A DNA stretch of 64,000 nt from an uncultured Acidimicrobiia bacterium (GTDB lineage Bacteria; Acidobacteriota; Terriglobia; Versatilivoradales; Versatilivoraceae): assembly GCA_963810905.1 (NCBI GenBank), contig CAWEPG010000002.1, positions 242,178 through 306,177 on the forward strand. The letters are read 5' to 3'. The position numbers were made by a program, and so were the translations under genes. The notes under the pieces are model-generated. The model worked only from the letters and a program-made list of their open reading frames with translations. It was not told where the DNA came from and did no database searches. Positions 49,046 through 61,898 of this stretch are shown in pieces. Position 1 is the stretch's first letter; each line of letters opens with the position of its first letter.

Positions 49046-51482
49046 ATGGAAAATGTCAAACGAACGATGAAAAATAGGCTGGAGCCAATATTGATGAAAA
49101 CCCTACGCCTGTTCATTCTTCTCGGAGCAGTTCTGCTGTATGAGGCGACTCTCTATTCACAAACGACCCCACCCACAATCATTGTCACTACACCTTCGGG
49201 CTTACAATTGGGCACAAGCGGGATTTTCGTCGTTGAGGGAACAGACTTGTCAGGCGGTTCCGCACTCGTCTTTTCAGAACCAGGACTAAGTGGCAAGATC
49301 CTGGAGATCGCCCGTGTCCCAACTTCGAAGGCAACTCTCGAACCCAAAGCTGTGGGTGCAGTCCGTACTTACTTTGAAGAGCCGGAAAAAGAACAGGCAA
49401 AGGTTGAGATCACAGCCGAATCGTGGATGGCACCGGGAACGCATCAGTTCCGGCTCATCACACCGCATGGAAGTTCGACACCCGGCAAGATTGTGGTCTC
49501 CCCTTTTCCGGAAATGCAAGAACAAGAACCCAATGATAGCCTCCAGGAGTCGCAAGTGTTGAAGTTTCCGGTTACTGTCCATGGCACTCTGAGTAAGCCT
49601 GGAGACAATGACTCCTTTCAGTTTACTGCTAAGACGGGAGAAGAGGTGGTTTTCTTGATCGGCGCAGCGAGTTTGGGTTCACAGCTGGATCCCGTGATGG
49701 AAGTGTTCGACATGAACGGGAAGAGACTCATCACGAACCTGAATAGCTCCGATCATAGTGTCATGGGATTGAAGATTCCAGATGATGGTCCATATCTCGT
49801 TCGTGTCAGTGATTTCCAGAAGGGGGGCAGCATTCGCCATTTCTACCGTTTGACCATGGGCGAATTCCCTTATCTGGTTGGAAGATATCCCTTGGGGTTA
49901 ATGGCCGGAACAAATGGCAGTTTCCAAGTTTGGGGATTCAATTTAGCAGGGACAGAGTCGAGTTCTCCGGAGCCGTTTGGCATGATGACGGGCAAAGTGA
50001 TGGAGACTGGACAACTTTTCGCGAAGACCCCACTGGGTGAAACCCTGAACACTCTTCCCGTCTCTATAGGACGATTCGAGGAGGTTGGCGAATCCCTAGA
50101 TAACAACAGCCTGAAGACGGCTCAACAACTCAAATACCCCGTCACGGTCAATGGCCGCATCAGCCTGGATAAGTCAGGGAATTCCGTCGCGGATTTTTAT
50201 CGATTTGCAGCCCGTAAAGGTCAAGAGCTAATCCTGGAAACGGCCGCCAATCGTTTCGGCTCACCCATGGATTCCGTCGTTGAAGTATTGGATGCCGACG
50301 GCAAGATCGTCCCACGGGTGACAGCTCGGGCAGTCTATAAGACTCAGCTTATCTTGCGGGATCATCAACTCCAAAGAACCCAATATTCGTCTCTTCCAGC
50401 CGACCGGCATCGATCTCAATAACTATATGGTCGTTGGAAACGAACTCATCCGGGTTACCCGTCTGCTTTCGGCTCCCGGAGCGGATGAGGCAATGAATTT
50501 CGACAATTTTGGGGGACTACGATTGACTTTTGAAGATACAACACCGGAAGCCCACGCCCTTGATGATGCGGCCTATAAAGTGGAGCTGCATCCTCCAGGC
50601 GCTCAGTTTCCTCCCAACGGAATGCCTGTGTTTCGGTTTAACATGCGGAATGACGACGGTGGGCCCGGGTATGGAAAAGATTCCCATCTCACATTTACTG
50701 CTCCGGCCGACGGGATCTATTTTGCCAAAGTCAGCGATGTCCAGGGGCACGGTGGAGAGAACTATGCTTACCGTTTCACCATCCGTGATCCTGTTCCGGA
50801 CTTTTTAATCATCTCTAACCCAACGAATCCGAACATCCCGGAAGGCTCGCAGACAGCCGTCGAAGTCAGCGTTCTTCGCACGGAAGGATTCGACGGACCT
50901 ATTGATGTATCCTTCGATGTGTTGCCGGCGGGAATTGAAGGAACCCGAGGAACGATAAGACCTGACGAACGCTCGATCACTCTAATTCTTTCACATAAAC
51001 CTGGGACATCACTGCCTGACGGCTGGGCACGATTTCGCGTTGTGGGCAAAGCTCGCGTTGGAGAAGGAACTCTTGAGCGGGTCGCCAACCCGGGAGATTA
51101 CTTGAAGGTGATTGCGCTGATGAAATCCCCGGACATCAAAGTCACGGTCAAGACACCTCAAATTAAATTGGCAGCAGGAGGAGAAACCAAAGTCACTTTG
51201 GCGATTGAACGCCAAAATGGGTTTAAAGGTCGAGTCCTTTTTCGCATGAACGATCTTCCCTTCGGAGTGCGCGTGACCAATGTCGGCCTGAACGGGATCA
51301 TGATCCCTGAAAACCAGTCGGAGATCACTTTCACACTCGATTCACGGCCGTGGGTCAAGCCGTTAAAGAAATCGGTCTTCCCGATTGGCATTGTGGAAGC
51401 ATTGGTTCCAACCGAGCATCCTGCCGCAGCCATTTCTCTGGAAATCGTTGGGAACGAACAAGCTTTAATGACCGATAAATAA
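49046..51482 (+). CDS. Large secreted protein with repeated pre-peptidase C-terminal (PPC)-type domains; frame break ~50340-50430
   Basis: Signal peptide MKTLRLFILLGAVLL. GDNDSFQFTAKTGEEVVF, VADFYRFAARKGQELIL and DGIYFAKVSDVQG are repeated PPC motifs. The sequence is split into ORFs 49046-50422 and 50427-51482. Confidence 0.55.
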
Positions 51483-51569
51483 AGGGATACTCCGGGGCTG
51501 TCGATCAGGAAAATTGAACGACAGTTCTTGTACCTTGTTCCTTATTTATTGTCCCTTATCACCGCGACG

Positions 51570-52217
51570 ATGAGCTCTTCCACTGGCACTCTCCACTGCC
51601 CTAATTGCGGAGGTAACGTTCAGCCAGAGAGTGTCCGTTGCTCCTGGTGCAAATCAACCCTTTCCGCCGTTGCCTGTCCGTCTTGCTTCGCCTCGATCTT
51701 TAGTGGCATGAAACATTGCCCCTACTGCGGGGTTGAAGTAACCTCGGCAAAGCTATCCAAAGCCACTCCAGAGTCCTGTCCGCGCTGTCAGGTTCAATTG
51801 CGAGCCATTGAAATCGGGAGATGCTCCATGAGGGAGTGTGGTCAATGTGGTGGTCTTTGGGTGGACAAGGAAACTTTGCAAAAGATCTGCGATGATCACG
51901 AAAAGCAAGAAGCAGTACTCGGTCTTGGAGATTTGAAAACCATTCTCCCCTCTGAGACCGCGACAGCCTCACAGAGAATGTATATTCCCTGCCCTGTGTG
52001 TGGCACCCTGATGAACCGGCTGAATTTCGCAGGCTGTTCCGGAATCGTCATCGACTGGTGTAAACCTCACGGAACCTGGTTTGATTTCAACGAACTGCCC
52101 CGAATTGTTGATTTCATCCGCGAAGGAGGACTCAAGAAATCACGAGAGCGTGAGAAGGAGTCCATTCGAAGTGAAATGGAAAGAATGAGACTTCAAGAGT
52201 ACACGCTTGGCGGCTGA
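51570..52217 (+). CDS. Multi-CxxC zinc-ribbon protein
   Basis: Four CPxCG-type pairs are present. The ATG at 51570 was chosen inside ORF 51528-52217. Confidence 0.4.
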   Translation: MSSSTGTLHCPNCGGNVQPESVRCSWCKSTLSAVACPSCFASIFSGMKHCPYCGVEVTSAKLSKATPESCPRCQVQLRAIEIGRCSMRECGQCGGLWVDKETLQKICDDHEKQEAVLGLGDLKTILPSETATASQRMYIPCPVCGTLMNRLNFAGCSGIVIDWCKPHGTWFDFNELPRIVDFIREGGLKKSREREKESIRSEMERMRLQEYTLGG

Positions 52218-52621
52218 AAGTGCGCGACTGGCGGGAACCCGGCCCGTTGCTCACTGGGGCAATGACGACAACAATCTCTTGGATTTTCTTTCATCGGTTT
52301 GGAAGGGGCTGAAAGAAGAACCGTAATCGCCCGCCCATTGCCTCTGGGGAAAAGCTAAAGAAAGAAGAGGTCCGAAAGGATTCCGCGCCTCAGCGCAAAG
52401 GAATGCGAACCACGGCCATACTTGCCGATCTTAACTTCCGCAGTAAACCCGCTGTCTAAACCTGCCGTAGACCCTGAGAGTACCCTTGTGATCCTTCAAA
52501 CGGGGTTTTTGGATTTTTGCCGCTTCTAACCCATTATTTTGGGAGTGAATTACCGCAGTGACCTTCTTTTACTTCTCCTTCTAATATAATATAAGGTACA
52601 CGAAGTAAGCTGCCCACTGAA

Positions 52622-55033
52622 TTGTGGCCGACATTTCAATGCCGGATGTTGAGGGAAATTATGCCTAAGATTCCCTCAGTCAACGAGAGGAGAGAGTCGA
52701 GATCAAAGTATCCGATTTTGCTATTCTTTTTTGCTTTAATTGTTTTTTGGAAACTGATTCTGACCGGCGAATACTCGATGCTGACCTATACGGACAGTGC
52801 TTTCCAAACCTATCCTTGGGCTCAATATATTGCAGGAGTTTTGCATCGAGGAAGCTTTCCATTTTGGGACCCGTATAGCGAGGCTGGACGCTTCTTCATA
52901 GGCGAAACCCAAACCGGCGCTTTCTATCCTCTCAATCTCTTGATGGGATTATTTCCTTTGAATCAGAAAGGAGCACTGCCCGTAGCGGTTATCGAGAACT
53001 TCGCGATTCTTCACTGTTTCATTGGCATCCCTCCTCACTTACTTCCTGGCTCGCGAATTAGGCCTAACTCGCTTTAGTGCTTTCGTTTCCGGCCTCGTGT
53101 TCGCCTATTCGGGATCAATTGGCGGGAGGGCATTTAGTCAAATCAATCTGCTTGATTCGTCCGTCTGGGTTCCTGCTGTTTTTCTCTTTTATTCAAAATC
53201 CTTGCGATCGACGACACTGAATGAGCAGCTCCTCTATACAAATTTGGCCGGGCTCTCTCTTGCCCTCTGCTTGCTCGCTGGACATCATCAGCCATTTATC
53301 TACACGACAATTGCGGTTATTTGTATTGCCGTTGCCATTGGGTTTTCGGGTTCAAAAACGACAATAGACCCTGGTTCTTGGCAGCTTTCACATCGGTCTC
53401 TCTTCAAGGTGACGATCTCTATTATTTCTATTTGCTTTAGGGTATAGCTCACTTCAACTAATTCCATCTTTGGAGTATTCCCCGTTGGCCTATCGCTGGG
53501 TCGGCCCAGCTAATCCTATTCTGGTCAGTGGTCACACTCCATATTCGGTGGCCGGCAGCGGCTGGTCTCTCCCCCCTCAAGGGTTGGCCCTAACAATTTT
53601 CCCTTATATATCAGTTGTGGAAAACAGTCCTTACATCGGAATCCTGCCTCTTTTCTTTCTGGTATTCTCGATAGGACAATTTAAAAAATCGAAAGTGGTT
53701 CGAATCACTTGGCTTATGGCCTTACTCTTTTTGGCCCTCTCAATGGGGGAATATACACCCCTGCACGGTCTTCTTTATGCTTTGCTTCCGGGCTTTGAGA
53801 AAGGGAGAGAAGCTTCCAGACTCCTCTTATTGAGCCATCTCGCTTTAAGCGTGCTTGCCGGCTTCGGTTGCCAGGCTTTCTTCAGTCCCTTCCCCAAAAA
53901 ACAAAAAATCCTTAACCTTCGAATACTGCAGACTTTTGGTTGTCTCTCAGTCGCCCTCACGGCCTTGGTTTTTGCCGTTTATTTCTACAGCACATCTGTT
54001 CTAATTTCAGAGCACCGATTACAACGTTCCCTTTCTTGCATGCTTGTGGTTGATGCTGACCACTGCATTGGTAATCTGCCGTCGTTATGGATCGCTCAGT
54101 CTGAAGGCTCTCAAGATTGCAGTCATCATTATATGTTTGTTTGACTACCACTTCGTTCTTGGTGTCCACATCAAGCCCAAGAGTGCCTTTGACAGGGAGA
54201 CTAACTTTGAACCTAAGCAATATTACCATCAAGACAGCGTCATCGAATTCCTTCGTTCACAGCCTGGGACTTATCGGATTGATTTCCGGGAACAAAGCTA
54301 CCCCAGAAGTACTGGGGAAGTGTTCAGGCTCGAGACGATCAATGGAAATGGCGCCACGCAGTTGAAACAGTTTTTTGACCTGTTATCTCTTGAAGCCACG
54401 CCTGGAGGAAAGATATCTGATTTATTCAACGTGAAGTACATCGTCTCCCGGGAGGAACTTCCATTGCCAAAGGTATTCGAAAGAAAAGGAACGATTGTCT
54501 ACGAGAACCCGGATTGTTTTCCTCGTGCATGGTTGGTGGATCGAGTGACATACGAAGAGAGTCTTGACAAGGTCTTGGTCAGAATTCAGGAACCATCTTT
54601 CGACCCTCATCATGCTGCCTTAATCGAACGTCATTCTGACGCCTTGTTAAACCCATGGGAAAGAACACTCCCTAATGATGAGACGCTATCGGGATCCTCA
54701 CCCCAGGAGATCCCGGTTCGTTTTACACGTGAGAGTCCTAATCGATTTGTGGTTGAGGCACAAGCGGCACGCCGCTCCCTCCTGGTCGTCAGTGAGAATT
54801 GGTATCCCGGCTGGACAGCAAGAGTGAATGGCACTCCACAGCCTGTGATGCGGGCCAATGGAGCGTTGATGGGCGTCTTTCTGAGTCCTGGTGTTTCAAA
54901 GGTCGAGTTCAGCTTCCGACCGCGTCATTTCTATTGGGCTCTTTCCCTGACAATAATTTCGTTGCTGACCCTTGTATTGGCCTCCACACTGCATTTGAGG
55001 GAAATGATGAAATCTGGAAGAAGCCGCTCTTAA
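52622..55033 (+). pseudogene. YfhO-family membrane protein split over four frames (52622-53077, 53022-53447, 53470-54144, 54044-55033)
   Basis: The fragments run contiguously, for example ...ENFAILHCFIGI | ASLLTYFLARELGL.... The C-terminal ENWYPGWTARVNGTPQPVMRANGALMGVFLSPGVSKVEFSFRP is typical of YfhO. Confidence 0.55.
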
Positions 55034-55322
55034 GCCCAATCACAAGTGGTCTCGATTACCTCGATAGTGCAAAGTAATCCAGAGGATCGCGAGCAAACTG
55101 CGAAGATTCTCATGATGGAGAGCTAGAAAACCTTATGTTTGAGACGGCGTTCAGGTCATTCTGGATGGCTCGTATTTCTGTGTCGCAATTGTCTAACACG
55201 ATCCGCTTCATCGGTGCAACTAGCGATAAAGGAGCCGTCGCCTGTGCGCTGGTCTCGGGTTCGCTACCGTCGTTGATTACCGCGTAGGCAATGAAAGGAT
55301 TATCACCTGCGATCCTATTTAT

Positions 55323-57651
55323 TTAATCGTGGCTATCAGCTAGTCTGCGCTTGTCAATCGCCAGCATCGCGAGGGCAAACGCGTAAACCGAAAGTCCAGT
55401 GAACAACACAGCCTTAATTCCCCAGAACACTGCAATGATCATCCCTAGGACCGAAGAGATCACCGAAAGCGCGCCGTTGATCCCCGAGTACCATGCGGTT
55501 GGGGGAGCCCGATGGGCACCAGCCTGTTGCATTCCGATGGGAAAAGCCATTCCCATGAAGAATCCAAGAGGAAACAACATCGACACGGAGAGGCCGATGC
55601 GGACAGGCGTGAAGCAGCCGCAAACTCCCCGGTCGCCCAGGGTCCCAGCCAAATAAGGGCTCCGAGGACGACGGGGAGCATCCATAGCCAGCTGCGGAGC
55701 TTGCCAGAGCACCAGCTGCCGAGGCTCGATGAGCCCAGAAGCACAAAAAGGACGACTGAAAGCCCATAAATGGGATGCCCTAGAAAGAGTGTCAGCCGCT
55801 CCAGTTGACCTATTTCGATCAGCATAAACGCCAGGCCGATAGCCCCGAAGTAAAGCATTAACGGTGTGGACTGCCCCTGCCGGACTCTGCCAACTATGGC
55901 TAGTGGCAAAAGAATCGCTCCCAGACTCAGGGCGGTCACAATCAGCAACAGGATCTCAAGCACCATGACTGCCTGAACATAGTGGAGAGATTGACCTTGA
56001 AAGGCCTGAAAAGATCATTCGCTCGGAGCATGTGAAAAAAAAAGGGGCAGTCATCAGTTGGCGCCGAAATGTTGAGAGGATATTTTTGGATCAGGTCTTG
56101 CGACTTGATAGGATCAACAGCCGCTGAAAAACTAAGAGATTCAGCGAACCTGGGTGTCAGTACGAGCTTAAACTCGGAGTCTTGTGCCACAGCTTCGATT
56201 CTTGAGATTTCATTATCAGTGAATGGCCGAAGCGATACCAGAATGGTTGCGAGACTTGGAATCCCCTCCGTTAAGTTATCTGGCGACTTAACAATCATGA
56301 TGTGATCACGGGGAGTCTGAATACCCATCTCCAGCAATGACGCCATGCCCAGAGAGGCCAGCCGAAGGGACTCCCAACGGGACATGGTCAGGATTCCGTC
56401 AGGAGTGAGATGACTGAGAAAGGTAACCCATGCTTCTTTAGTGTACAGACCGTTTTCAGTGAGAGTATAGGCTCCTGCCGCAGTCGCTGCCCAGGTATCG
56501 ATCAAGGAAGCCTGAATAATGCCAAATCGCTCCTTGGATCGGGTAACAAAGCTTCGAGCTTCGTCATGGACCAGCGTGATTTCAGGACGTAAATGGAGAT
56601 TCCCCGCGTAAGCAGAATAGCGAGAGTTCAGCACGTCGAGAATGTCGTGATTGATCTCTACGCCTACGATGCGCTTTTGACCAAAGGCCAACGCAGTTAA
56701 GATGTCGCGGCCTCCTCCTACGCCAATGACGAGAACGGGTGAATTCGGGCGAAGGTAATGAGCCAAAGAGCTGACATCATGCTTCAGGTAGTCTATGGAG
56801 TTGAGATCACCGTCGAACTTCGTGATCATGGTCGATGCGCCTGCATCGATGTTAAGCCAACGTTGGTTGACGGACCGCCCAACTAGATACTTGGAGCTTA
56901 CCCCCCATCCGAAGGGGCGATTAGGCGCTTGCCCGACCCAGATTCTGGAGAAAGCGTTCCATTTTTCATAAAGTCCGGACGGAATGTACTTCCTGCCCTT
57001 GACCCACCGCAAGTCGACCAACTTAAGAGAAGGATTAAGAGCAGCCACCGTGAGCAACAAGATGCAACTACACGCAGCGGCTCGGCGGATTCTCGGCGAA
57101 GAGGCAAGGCCAAATACGTAAGCGCCCAGAGCTGCAAGTGCGGCGTTGAGAATCATGGCGGTTGGAGCCGGGATATGGTTGAGGATTGGAATTGTGAGAA
57201 TGCAACCTGCCGCTGAACCAGCCAGGTCCACCGTGTATAAGGGTCCGGTGTACTTCGGGAAACGCGTTAGAGCAACACAAATCACGACTCCGGCCAGAAC
57301 GAAGGGAATCGAGATGATAGTAAATGCCATGGCCGTAAAAAGCACTTCCTTACGAGGGTTCACCGGAATATAGAGTTGAAGCACAAAACAGAGGGCACTG
57401 CTGACCGAATAAAGCAATGCGTTCCGAGCCAGAACGTCATGCGGATTCCCCCTGACTCCGAGCTCCACCCACATCGCGCCGGCCGCAATTCCAAACATTG
57501 CCAGAGAGATCGCCATGAAGGCAAAGTGGTAGTACATGGTGACGCTGTATATGCGTGTTAAGAACAACTCGATTTGCAGGAGAGAGAGTGTCGTTAGAAA
57601 GAGACCCAGATAGGTATTCCAGGTTGGTTTAGCAGTAGCCTGAAGAGTCAT
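55323..57651 (-). pseudogene. Membrane-anchored spermidine-synthase-like (PABS) protein with N- and C-terminal TM regions; 2 frame breaks (~55700, ~55950)
   Basis: LVIGVGGGRDILTALAFGQKRIVGVEINHDILDV is the PABS Rossmann motif. The hydrophobic C-terminal fragments lie in other frames at 55460-55966 and 55323-55712. Confidence 0.5.
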
Positions 57652-58088
57652 ATTTAGCGATTAAAGCTACTGGAGGCCCACTGGCGGGTCAACGAACAAG
57701 CACTGGGTGCTGCAGGTAGTGCAACAGTAAGACAAGCCCGATCTCTAAGTCAAGAGGCATGGATAATAATTGAAGCTTCCCTCCCCACAACCCAGATCCA
57801 CTGCAATTTGGGATTCTCCCAGAGTGCTCAATAGAGTATGCATCTGAAATCAGCCCTTTGTATCGCGAACATCCTCTTCTTTCATGAATTTCAGCTCAAA
57901 AAGGCTATTCGGTGCCTCGGAAACGATGGGTCCAGAAGTTTCAATTCGAACCCCAGGCATCTGAACAGGTCTAGAACGCCCTCCATAGTGTACTCATATG
58001 ATCGATGGGTTGGGTTGGAGCTTCGATTTGTTTTCACACAAAGGCACAAAGACCTATTCGACTCTTCCATTCAGGATTCGCGAAATCC

Positions 58089-58438
58089 CGTCTTTCATTA
58101 ATGCTTCGCCAAAGTTCAGAAGGTACCCTAGTTTCATTCCAGTCAATTTGAGATAGGTCAGGACCTGTTTTTTATGTGCATTACTGACTGCTTCCACTGA
58201 TTTCAACTCCACAATCACCTTGCCTTCAACGATGAGGTCTGCCCGGAACCCCTTCGTTGAAGGTCATCCCATGAAACTCAATGGCGACGGGAACCTGCCG
58301 TTCAACTCGCAGACCCAATTGCTCCAATTCGTGAACCAGAATAACCTCATATACGCTTTCGAATAGTCCGGGACCCAACTCTTTGTGGATCTGTACGGCA
58401 CAGTTAACGATTATTTTCCCAATCTCGTTTTCCTTCAT
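58089..58438 (-). pseudogene. GxxExxY family protein, frameshift ~58230-58260
   Basis: The N-terminus MKENEIGKIIVNCAVQIHKELGPGLFESVYE is in ORF 58226-58438. The conserved C-terminus ...RADLIVEGKVIVELKSVEAVSNAHKKQVLTYLKLTGMKLGYLLNFG is in another frame down to ~58089. Confidence 0.6.
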
Positions 58439-58487
58439 CTCTTCGTGGCTTTGTGTCTTATTGAGAGTTCATATTCAAAGAATAGCC

Positions 58488-59825
58488 TTAGGGCGCGCTG
58501 GCGATGAAGGCACCGTCGCCGCTGCGGTGGGTAGGTGCGCCGCCATCGTTGATCACGGCGTAACCAATGAAAGAATTCTTACCTGCGGTCCGCGTGATCC
58601 GGGCGTAACCTTGCGTCACTCCCGGGGCATATTGCGAAAGAATCATCCCTTCTGGACCCAGCGGTTGGCTCCCAGAGTGAGGCCCTCCACCGTCGCCACT
58701 TTGGCTCCTGTGTCCCCATTGAAAATCTCAATCGTGAAAGTGTCTTCACTTTCGTCCATTTCTCCGGTGTTCACCAACGCCACCTGGCCCTCTCCTTACC
58801 AAGCAGGGAAATCACAATTGATTTTCTTCATACCCTCCCTCAAAAGAGAGTGTTTAAAATGTCTTCGAGTGGATTGCCAAACGACGAACCATAATGTGGA
58901 TCTGATTGAGGACGTCCCGAAAAGGTGAAGGTTTTCCATACTTCCACCAATGGTCGCACCCACAATGTCGTAGTTCGTCCCCCTCCGCTATTTTGCAGGC
59001 AGTGGATAGGCATTGATGATTACGTTGTCGTAAAAGGCCTCGACCTGGGCGAATGTTTGAGTGCTGGTACAATTCGAGCTCCAGACCACGGCGTCAATGG
59101 TCCTCCTGGGAGACACGGCCGGCGTCGTATCAGAAATAGAGTAAGGTAACATTACCTCCTTGCCCGGACCAGGCTCGCCCTTGACCTTCACAACAGCAAT
59201 GAACTGATGGTTCGCCTTGTCCCAAGCAAGGGTTCCGGTTAGAGGAGTTCCTATCGGATAAGAATCGATGTCAGTCCAGCCACCTTGGCCACTTACATAC
59301 CAGAAGGCGCTTACCTTCATATGTCTTTGGGTCCGTGGTATCGACCGAAAGGATCAACAGAGATGTAACGTCGTCGGCAGAGTCGCCAGTCCCCGTGTTG
59401 AAGTAATACCCGCCGATCTGTACCCGGGTAAACGTCCCTTCGGTATTGTTGGTGGAACATCCAGTGCCGCTGAAGCTGCGCAGGGCAACGTCGGCGGTGA
59501 TGCTGCTAATCGTGTTCGGATTGACAAAATCCAACTCGGACTCGCTACTCTGAAGACCAGAATTCGAATCGGTCGCCCCGAAGGACCGGACCTCCAGCCG
59601 TAAGTGCCCGTTCTGAATTTCGCGGACGCATTCCAGCCCCCGACAAAAGGGACCGGTGGCCAGCCACTTCGCGGGATTAAGCCACTTCTGGTCGAAGGTG
59701 TCGTAGTAAACCGGCTTGCCACGTAGGGCAGGTTCCTTAGCCGTGGGCTGCTGCGGCCACTGCGCCCACGCCGCAGATAGCAAAGAGGTGAATAGAACCA
59801 ATCCGAGAACAATAATTCGTTTCAT
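58488..59825 (-). CDS. Secreted hypothetical protein (signal peptide MKRIIVLGLVLFTSLLSAAWAQ), frame-disrupted. Its C-terminal tail is duplicated at 55200-55320
   Basis: ORFs 59271-59897 and 58988-59320, plus coding-like sequence down to ~58488. Confidence 0.4.
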
Positions 59826-60373
59826 GACGATCTTCCTTTTGAGTTGCTGGTTTCCATCTACCGAATCACAAGCAAGATCTGCTTCCGCTACAATCAAGTG
59901 ACATCAACTCCTTGTCATGGGACGACAAGCCATGAGAGACAAACAATTCAACAGAAATACCGACTCCCCAATTTTCTAACTTGCAACTGTCGCCGTTCGA
60001 CCTCCGTTCCGGCAACGACCATTCACCTACCACATTCCTTAAAGAAGCTAGTCCATGGAAGCCCGAGTCAAGCGATGACATCAATTGGAGAAGGTAGATG
60101 GCCTCAGGCCATTGGAAATGCCAGGTCGACCAGAAACAGCGGGTTAATAGGGCATAGGCCATGGAACGACGGAAACAACTCACACCTCTCTTGGCCTACT
60201 CATTTAAACTCATGTCCCAGCTCAGCCAGAGAGCTGTCACTGAAATGTAAGAACGTGATGTCACCGGCACAGTCAGCGGGAAATGAGAAATCTTTACAGA
60301 ACCACACTAACAGTCGATCAACTCGCAAATGCTCTCGAACTCTCCCTACGCCAGCCAAAAAACCCAACAAAAC

Positions 60374-61120
60374 TCACTTCGTCACATAATAGTGCCTGCT
60401 TTGAATAGCGGGCGTCAGATTCGGATCCGGTTGGACAAGCAAGATTCTTCCACCCAGCGCTCTCATATAAAAGATCACTTCCTCCTGCGAAATATAGTTG
60501 GCACAGAGGGGATGGAGTCCGATTTTTTCGTAAAGCACGCGTTCACGGACTCCAATGGATCTTAACCAAGAGTACATTCTGCGGCGGGGCTGGATACGGT
60601 TTCTCACCGGAATGTAACTTAGCAATTGAAACACCAGCAGCCCTCCACGTTTCATTACCCTCAAGAATTCCGCCAGATATTCCCGAATAATTTTCCGGCT
60701 GGAGATATGTTGGAGAACTTTGTTCGTGTAAATCATATCAAATGTGTTGTCGGTGAAAATTTCGAGATGGGGTTCCGTATTCAAGATGAATTGGCAATTT
60801 CCGAAGGACTGATTTAATTCCCGGGCTCGCGCCAGCATATTCTCAGAAATATCGAGTCCATACGCCTTTTCAAAATAACCTGCCAATGCCCGGGTTAACC
60901 TTCCGACACCGCAACCAAAGTCCAAAACCGATTCACTTCCCAACGGACGTCCTAAAGGGCGAGATGATCTCATGACCTGTTGAATTTCTAACTCCCCGGT
61001 ATCGAAAAATTCATCAACCTTCCACTTGCCAAATTTCCGGTCCGGAAAAGTAAGAATGGCCCAGAAGGGATCCATCTGTGCCAAATCTTCCCACTCTTGC
61101 TTAAGCTGCATCAGTGACAT
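60374..61120 (-). CDS. Class I SAM-dependent methyltransferase
   Basis: VLDFGCGVGRLTRAL is motif I. YGLDISENMLARA and FDMIYTNKVLQHI are also present. Confidence 0.75.
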   Translation of the reverse strand: MSLMQLKQEWEDLAQMDPFWAILTFPDRKFGKWKVDEFFDTGELEIQQVMRSSRPLGRPLGSESVLDFGCGVGRLTRALAGYFEKAYGLDISENMLARARELNQSFGNCQFILNTEPHLEIFTDNTFDMIYTNKVLQHISSRKIIREYLAEFLRVMKRGGLLVFQLLSYIPVRNRIQPRRRMYSWLRSIGVRERVLYEKIGLHPLCANYISQEEVIFYMRALGGRILLVQPDPNLTPAIQSRHYYVTK

Positions 61121-61898
61121 TGTCTTGCCCTCAATTTCATTTCTGTGAAATATTTTCCTGATGGAAGAGTTCGGTGGGAATCAGATTACTCAACCATTCG
61201 CTTGAGTATGCAACTGAGGTGAGCATTGTGTATCAGAGAGGCACAAAATAAATTCCAATCTCTTGAGACAGAATGTTGAGGTCCGTTGCATACTGTAATG
61301 GAGGAGCTTGTCATGTCAGCAAAAGGATTCATCAATCAAAAGCTCGGAAAGAAACTCACGCACCGGCAGGCCAGCAACAAATCCAAGTTGCAATTTGAGC
61401 GAAGGGCTTTTAAACAACGGGGCCTCGAGAATAATATCAAGGGAAAGAACCTCAAGTGAATTCCAGAGCGGACAGGGCGCAGCCAGAACAACCTAATTAG
61501 TTTCTGTAGCGAAACTGCAGAATTGCATGAAAACCCCCTCCTGGGCTGAGGAGGAGATGTGGCGCGCAGCGCCGCAGGGGTGATGCGAGTTGCCACAATA
61601 CCGATACTGGCTTGGCCACTCCAGGATTGTTCAAACCACCCCGCCGCGGCCTGTCGATGCGGCTGCTCCTCCTTATTGAAGGAGGGGAACCTTATTGCCG
61701 AATTTCGCGACGCAAACTAATTTGGCGGTTTCACCGAAATCGGATGAGCAAAAGTCAATTTCTAGAAAACGATTCTGAGCTGTCAACTTGTAATGCCGGT
61801 CTCAAAGGATCAGGCAACCCACATCGCTGGATTCGACATCCATTCAACCACTGGGCACGGTTATCGTTGCAGACTTGCATTCCGTGATATGAGGTTTT

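Noticed and set aside
57838-58101. ORF 57838-58101 (+), ORFs 59844-60389 (+) and 61612-61993 (+).
   Set aside because: They have no RBS and low-complexity translations, and they lie antisense or adjacent to better-supported genes. Likely spurious.
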